This document shows, piece by piece, positions 48,610 through 52,183 of a stretch of 52,183 nt of DNA. This stretch comes from Promethearchaeota archaeon (GTDB lineage: Archaea > Asgardarchaeota > Lokiarchaeia > Sigyniarchaeales > SOKP01). The notes beneath the pieces were generated by a model. The model worked only from the letters and a program-made list of their open reading frames with translations. It did no database searches and had not been told where the DNA came from. The position numbers were made by a program, and so were the translations under genes. How positions within the stretch are numbered: position 1 is the first letter of the stretch; each line of letters opens with the position of its first letter. The DNA lies in NCBI GenBank assembly GCA_048938895.1, contig JBHLLU010000029.1:1-52183 (forward strand). Direction: 5' to 3'.

Positions 48610-49269
48610 ATGGTAAGAAAAAATCAATTACCCCAATTTCCAAATGATTATTTAAATGAAAAGGCTGAAGAATATGATAGTTCAAAATGGATGGAACGAA
48701 ATCAAAAAAGATCTACTTTATTAAGTATTCAATATCTCTTCGATGAAAAATTGGATGAAAAAAATGATATCGGAATGGAAATTGAGGAGACGTATTTAAT
48801 TCTAGATTTAGGGTGTGGAACAGGATTTTCTTCAGAAATATTAATTGAAAATGGATTTAAGGTGATTGGTATTGATATTTTACCTGATATGATAGAAAGA
48901 GCTAAACAAAAGAAAGCCTTCTTGAAAGCACCAAATTATTTTGAATTAATTCTGGGAGATATTAATAATCTGCCTATTAGGTTAAACACTATAAATCATA
49001 TTATTTCAATTTCTGCCTACAATTTTATTATCTACCAAAAAGAGAATTACGGTGAAAAAGTTAAACAAGTGGTAGATACTGCGAAGTATCTCGCCGAAAT
49101 ATTAAAGAATTCAGGAAGGATTATAATCGAATTTTATCCTAAAGATGAACAAGAGTTGAATATATTTAAAGATTCATTTATAAATAATGGATTTGAAGGA
49201 TTTCTGGTAAAGAAAAACCCAAAACAAAAGTCAGGGCAGACTTTTTTACTTTTAAGAAAGAGAGTATAA
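48610..49269 (+). CDS. Class I SAM methyltransferase, Bud23/WBSCR22-like
   Basis: LDLGCGTG.S.EIL, ISISA, EFYPKD, GFEG.LV...P. Confidence 0.8.
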   Translation: MVRKNQLPQFPNDYLNEKAEEYDSSKWMERNQKRSTLLSIQYLFDEKLDEKNDIGMEIEETYLILDLGCGTGFSSEILIENGFKVIGIDILPDMIERAKQKKAFLKAPNYFELILGDINNLPIRLNTINHIISISAYNFIIYQKENYGEKVKQVVDTAKYLAEILKNSGRIIIEFYPKDEQELNIFKDSFINNGFEGFLVKKNPKQKSGQTFLLLRKRV

Positions 49270-49271
49270 TT

Positions 49272-50414
49272 ATGGGAACTTGCAAGTTTTGTGGGGAAAA
49301 AGATAAAACAATCTCTGAAGTTCTTCAAGTATGTCAGAAATGCATCTTAGAAGGAGATTGGAGTGTAATTAAATCTCACGTCTTATCAGTTCACGAAAAG
49401 GTTCGACAACTTGTAGATTTACCCGGAACTCCCCCAAAAGCAGAAAAACCATTTATAAAACTAAAATGTAACTATTGTTTAAATGAATGCTCTCTAGCAG
49501 AAGGTGATGTGAGTTATTGCGGTTTAAGGAATATTAAGAAGAATGAAAATAGTGAGTTACCTTTTCCTACAAGATCTAAAGGATATATTCATGGTTATAT
49601 AGATCCAAACCCAACAAACTGTTGCAATGCATGGTTTTGTCCCGCTGGAACTTCAAATGGTTATCCGAAATATTCCAATTTTAAACAAGCTGAGTTTGGA
49701 ACTTATAGTTATGCGGCTTTTTTATATGGTTGTACTTTCAATTGTTTATTTTGCCAAAATGCTTCACATAAATATTTTTCAAAGAAATTTCTTTTTGATG
49801 CTGAAGAACTAGCAAATCAAATCGTAAAAAATGAGGATATTACCTGCATATGTTATTTTGGTGGAACCCCCGATGCTCAATTACCATTTTCTATTAACTT
49901 ATCAAATAAAATTCTTGAGAAAATTAAACAGAACAATGGTAAAAGAAAATTTAGAATTTGTTGGGAAACAAATGGAACAGCAAACAAAAACATAATTGAT
50001 CAATGTATACAAATTGCCATCAAATCAGGGGGAAATATTAAATTTGATCTAAAAACATTTAATGAAAAACTCAATCTTGCCTTATGTGGAATAAGTAATA
50101 AAAGAACCCTAGAAAATTTCAAATTTTTAGCAGACAATTATTTTGGAATTAGAGGGGAAGACATGCCAGAAATGAGTGCCTGCACTTTGATGGTACCGGG
50201 ATATACAACTCCAGAAGAGGTGGAGTTAATCGCAAAGTATATCAGTTCAATTAACGATAAGATCCCTTATAGTTTATTGATATTTCATGGGGAGTATCAG
50301 ATGAAAGATTTAGGGATAACTCCAAAAAAACAGGTTTTAAAAAGTTTTGAAATTGCAAAAAAATATTTAAAGAGAGTAAATTTAGGAAACAAATTCTTGT
50401 TAGGATTGGGGTAA
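49272..50414 (+). CDS. Radical SAM protein (PFL-activase-like archaeal family) with N-terminal Zn ribbons
   Basis: CTFNCLFCQN, FGGTP, WETNG, KFDLK. Confidence 0.88.
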   Translation: MGTCKFCGEKDKTISEVLQVCQKCILEGDWSVIKSHVLSVHEKVRQLVDLPGTPPKAEKPFIKLKCNYCLNECSLAEGDVSYCGLRNIKKNENSELPFPTRSKGYIHGYIDPNPTNCCNAWFCPAGTSNGYPKYSNFKQAEFGTYSYAAFLYGCTFNCLFCQNASHKYFSKKFLFDAEELANQIVKNEDITCICYFGGTPDAQLPFSINLSNKILEKIKQNNGKRKFRICWETNGTANKNIIDQCIQIAIKSGGNIKFDLKTFNEKLNLALCGISNKRTLENFKFLADNYFGIRGEDMPEMSACTLMVPGYTTPEEVELIAKYISSINDKIPYSLLIFHGEYQMKDLGITPKKQVLKSFEIAKKYLKRVNLGNKFLLGLG

Positions 50415-50519
50415 TTTATATACACCTATAAAAATTAGATAATAAAATTTATTTAATAGGAATAATTATACGAGTGTAGAATAAATGAAGTAATATAAGT
50501 TTTTAGTGGTGAGTAAAAC

Positions 50520-50825
50520 ATACAAAAAGCTCGCATACGGTTATCATCTACTCAATTAGATGCATTACAATCTGTATGTGAATCCGTCTCCCAGGTTTGC
50601 GAAAGTCAAGGAATTCGTAAAAATGGACCGATCCCGCTCCCCACAAAAAGACTACGAGTACCTATAATGAAAGCCCCAAGTGGACAAGGCACATCAACTT
50701 GGGCAAAATTTGAGATGCGTATTCATAAACGACTTTTTGAAATAATAGCAAATGAGAGGAGTATGCACCTCATTATGAAGATTCAAATTCCGGAAACAGT
50801 GTTAGTAGAAATTGAATTAATGTAA
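50520..50825 (+). CDS. rpsJ: 30S ribosomal protein S10 (uS10), ATA start (not in ORF track)
   Basis: IQKARIRL...GPIPLPTKRL...KAPSGQGTSTWAKFEMRIHKRL...VEIEL; in-frame TAA at 50514; GGTGAG SD. Confidence 0.95.
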   Translation: MQKARIRLSSTQLDALQSVCESVSQVCESQGIRKNGPIPLPTKRLRVPIMKAPSGQGTSTWAKFEMRIHKRLFEIIANERSMHLIMKIQIPETVLVEIELM

Positions 50826-50839
50826 TCTTGTTTGTTAAG

Positions 50840-51610
50840 TTATAACTCATCTGATTTGATTTGAACAGATTCATGTGCTAGTTTTGTTTTTTTATCGATT
50901 TCGATTTTATCAACATAGTATACTGTACCATATATTTCTGATCCTCTGCCAATGGTTACTTCTTTACCTTTTACATCTCCCCCTACTAGCGCTTTTTTGA
51001 CATCTACAGTATTTTTAGCTAGAAGACCTCCATAAATTTTATAATGCTGTTTCTTTTTAGTACCTTCAGAAGGACCAAGAAGTATATTTTCAGCTACAAT
51101 GTTGCCTTCTATTTTAGTTGTTCCATCAATCTTAATTGTTTTCTGAGCCGAAAGATTTCCATTAATATCTGAAGACCCAGACAATTCAATTCCTTCATCA
51201 ACTGTCACAAAATGTCCTGCTTTAAATGAGCCTGAAGCAACTAAAGCTTCTTGAACTCTAATGAGGTTACCTACTTGAGCTGAACCTGAAAAATCAACAC
51301 TCCCATCTACATAAAGAAATCCAGCAATGTCAATTGATCCAGAGCTACTAGCGTCCCCATGGACGGTTAAGTTGCCAGAACCTCTTAAAGTACCTGACGA
51401 TGTAAGTTCATTGCATTCTAGATCTCCATTAATTCTACCTGAGCCTGATATTCTTAGTGATTTATTTAATTTACCTCCAGATATTTTTGCAGATCCAGAA
51501 ACACTGATATGTTCCTCATATTCAACAAAATCTCCAGTACTAGTTACGATAGCTCTTTTATCTTCTTCCTCTATAGATTCGTTATTTTTTTTTTCCATAA
51601 TACTTTTCAT
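50840..51610 (-). CDS. Bactofilin-like (polymer-forming) beta-helical repeat protein
   Basis: Repeated xSGSxxIxG units, C-terminal IGRGSEIYGTVYY. Confidence 0.75.
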   Translation of the reverse strand: MKSIMEKKNNESIEEEDKRAIVTSTGDFVEYEEHISVSGSAKISGGKLNKSLRISGSGRINGDLECNELTSSGTLRGSGNLTVHGDASSSGSIDIAGFLYVDGSVDFSGSAQVGNLIRVQEALVASGSFKAGHFVTVDEGIELSGSSDINGNLSAQKTIKIDGTTKIEGNIVAENILLGPSEGTKKKQHYKIYGGLLAKNTVDVKKALVGGDVKGKEVTIGRGSEIYGTVYYVDKIEIDKKTKLAHESVQIKSDEL

Positions 51611-51777
51611 TGGTAAGAATTACTTAGAGATATATAAAATCTGCTTTAATAAAACTTTTTCTTATTTATTCAATGGAAAAGAATCTGAATTTATAAGTAA
51701 TCAGATTTATATCAGTAATTTTTTATGTTTTTATTAAATAACTGGATTATTGTAAAAAAAATCAAAAGTGCTTTTTC

Positions 51778-52183
51778 TTGGCAGATTTTCATACTAAAAC
51801 TTTTTATGGTCAAAAAACAAGCTTAATAATTTCTAGCCCTGCAAAAACAGTACCCTATATCTTCCTTAGCTGTATCAATAGGAAGGATGATGGCACATGG
51901 GAAAATACTGGTAAAGGAGAAGGAAAAACAGTTAAGCTATCAATTGAAGAAATTATTTGCATATTAGAAGTGCTTTATCGAAGACTTGCAAATTGGAGAG
52001 GATTTCATGTATTCGAGGAACGTAAAACAGAGATTTATGTTGGTTGGGAAGATGAAAGTCGTCAAGTTTTAGCCATTAAAATTGGTGAATATGAGAAGAA
52101 AATCCAATTTCCGAATTTAAATTTGTTAAATTTAATGCTTAAACATATTTTAGATGAGAAAATAGAGTTTGCTACAAGTGGGA
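51778..52183 (+). CDS. Hypothetical protein, Whirly-like ssDNA-binding candidate, 3'-truncated (not in ORF track)
   Basis: TTG start MADFHTKTFYGQKTSL...IFLSCI.RKDDGTWE...KTVKLSIEEI...WRGFH; frame open to the window end. Confidence 0.65.
   Translation, partial: MADFHTKTFYGQKTSLIISSPAKTVPYIFLSCINRKDDGTWENTGKGEGKTVKLSIEEIICILEVLYRRLANWRGFHVFEERKTEIYVGWEDESRQVLAIKIGEYEKKIQFPNLNLLNLMLKHILDEKIEFATSG

Noticed and set aside
51682-51707. AATCTGA/TCAGATT inverted repeat around a TATA-like element
   Set aside because: Single 7-bp instance in AT-rich DNA, insufficient support
10399-51737. Short ORFs overlapping real genes (e.g. 10399, 10403, 13435, 14611, 20944, 23642, 24182, 35604, 38721, 41098, 44306, 47599, 51327)
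   Set aside because: Antisense or alternate-frame shadows of well-supported CDSs with no recognisable motifs
1-52183. CRISPR arrays, transposases, integrases, tRNA or rRNA genes
   Set aside because: None recognised on either strand by eye

Overview
AT-rich archaeal chromosomal segment, most likely Asgard archaea (Lokiarchaeota/Promethearchaeota). This is inferred from an archaeal uS10, split archaeal GltB1/2/3, Lrp regulators, a C/D box sRNA, and eukaryote-like longin, RING and Bud23-type proteins. The core (about 15.8-38.5 kb) is a nitrogen/glutamine cluster: Gln-dependent nadE, amtB-glnK, an RHH regulator, glnA, Lrp, two paralogous novel Zn-ribbon proteins, an HdrB-HdrC fusion in front of gltB1-2-3, a second FMN glutamate-synthase-family gene, guaA, nfnAB and gdhA, with carAB upstream. 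The most striking unannotated signal is at 43.4-44.0 kb: two tandem small ORFs, each with an in-frame TGA at codon 21 and each followed by a copy of a conserved three-way-junction RNA element (candidate selenopeptides with a non-canonical SECIS-like element). The ORF track also misses several genes that appear to start at ATA/ATT (including ribosomal protein uS10), a C/D box sRNA, and a GGGWA-N4-TTCCC operator repeated in three promoters. No mobile elements, CRISPR arrays, tRNA or rRNA genes were seen. All calls are by eye, without database searches.
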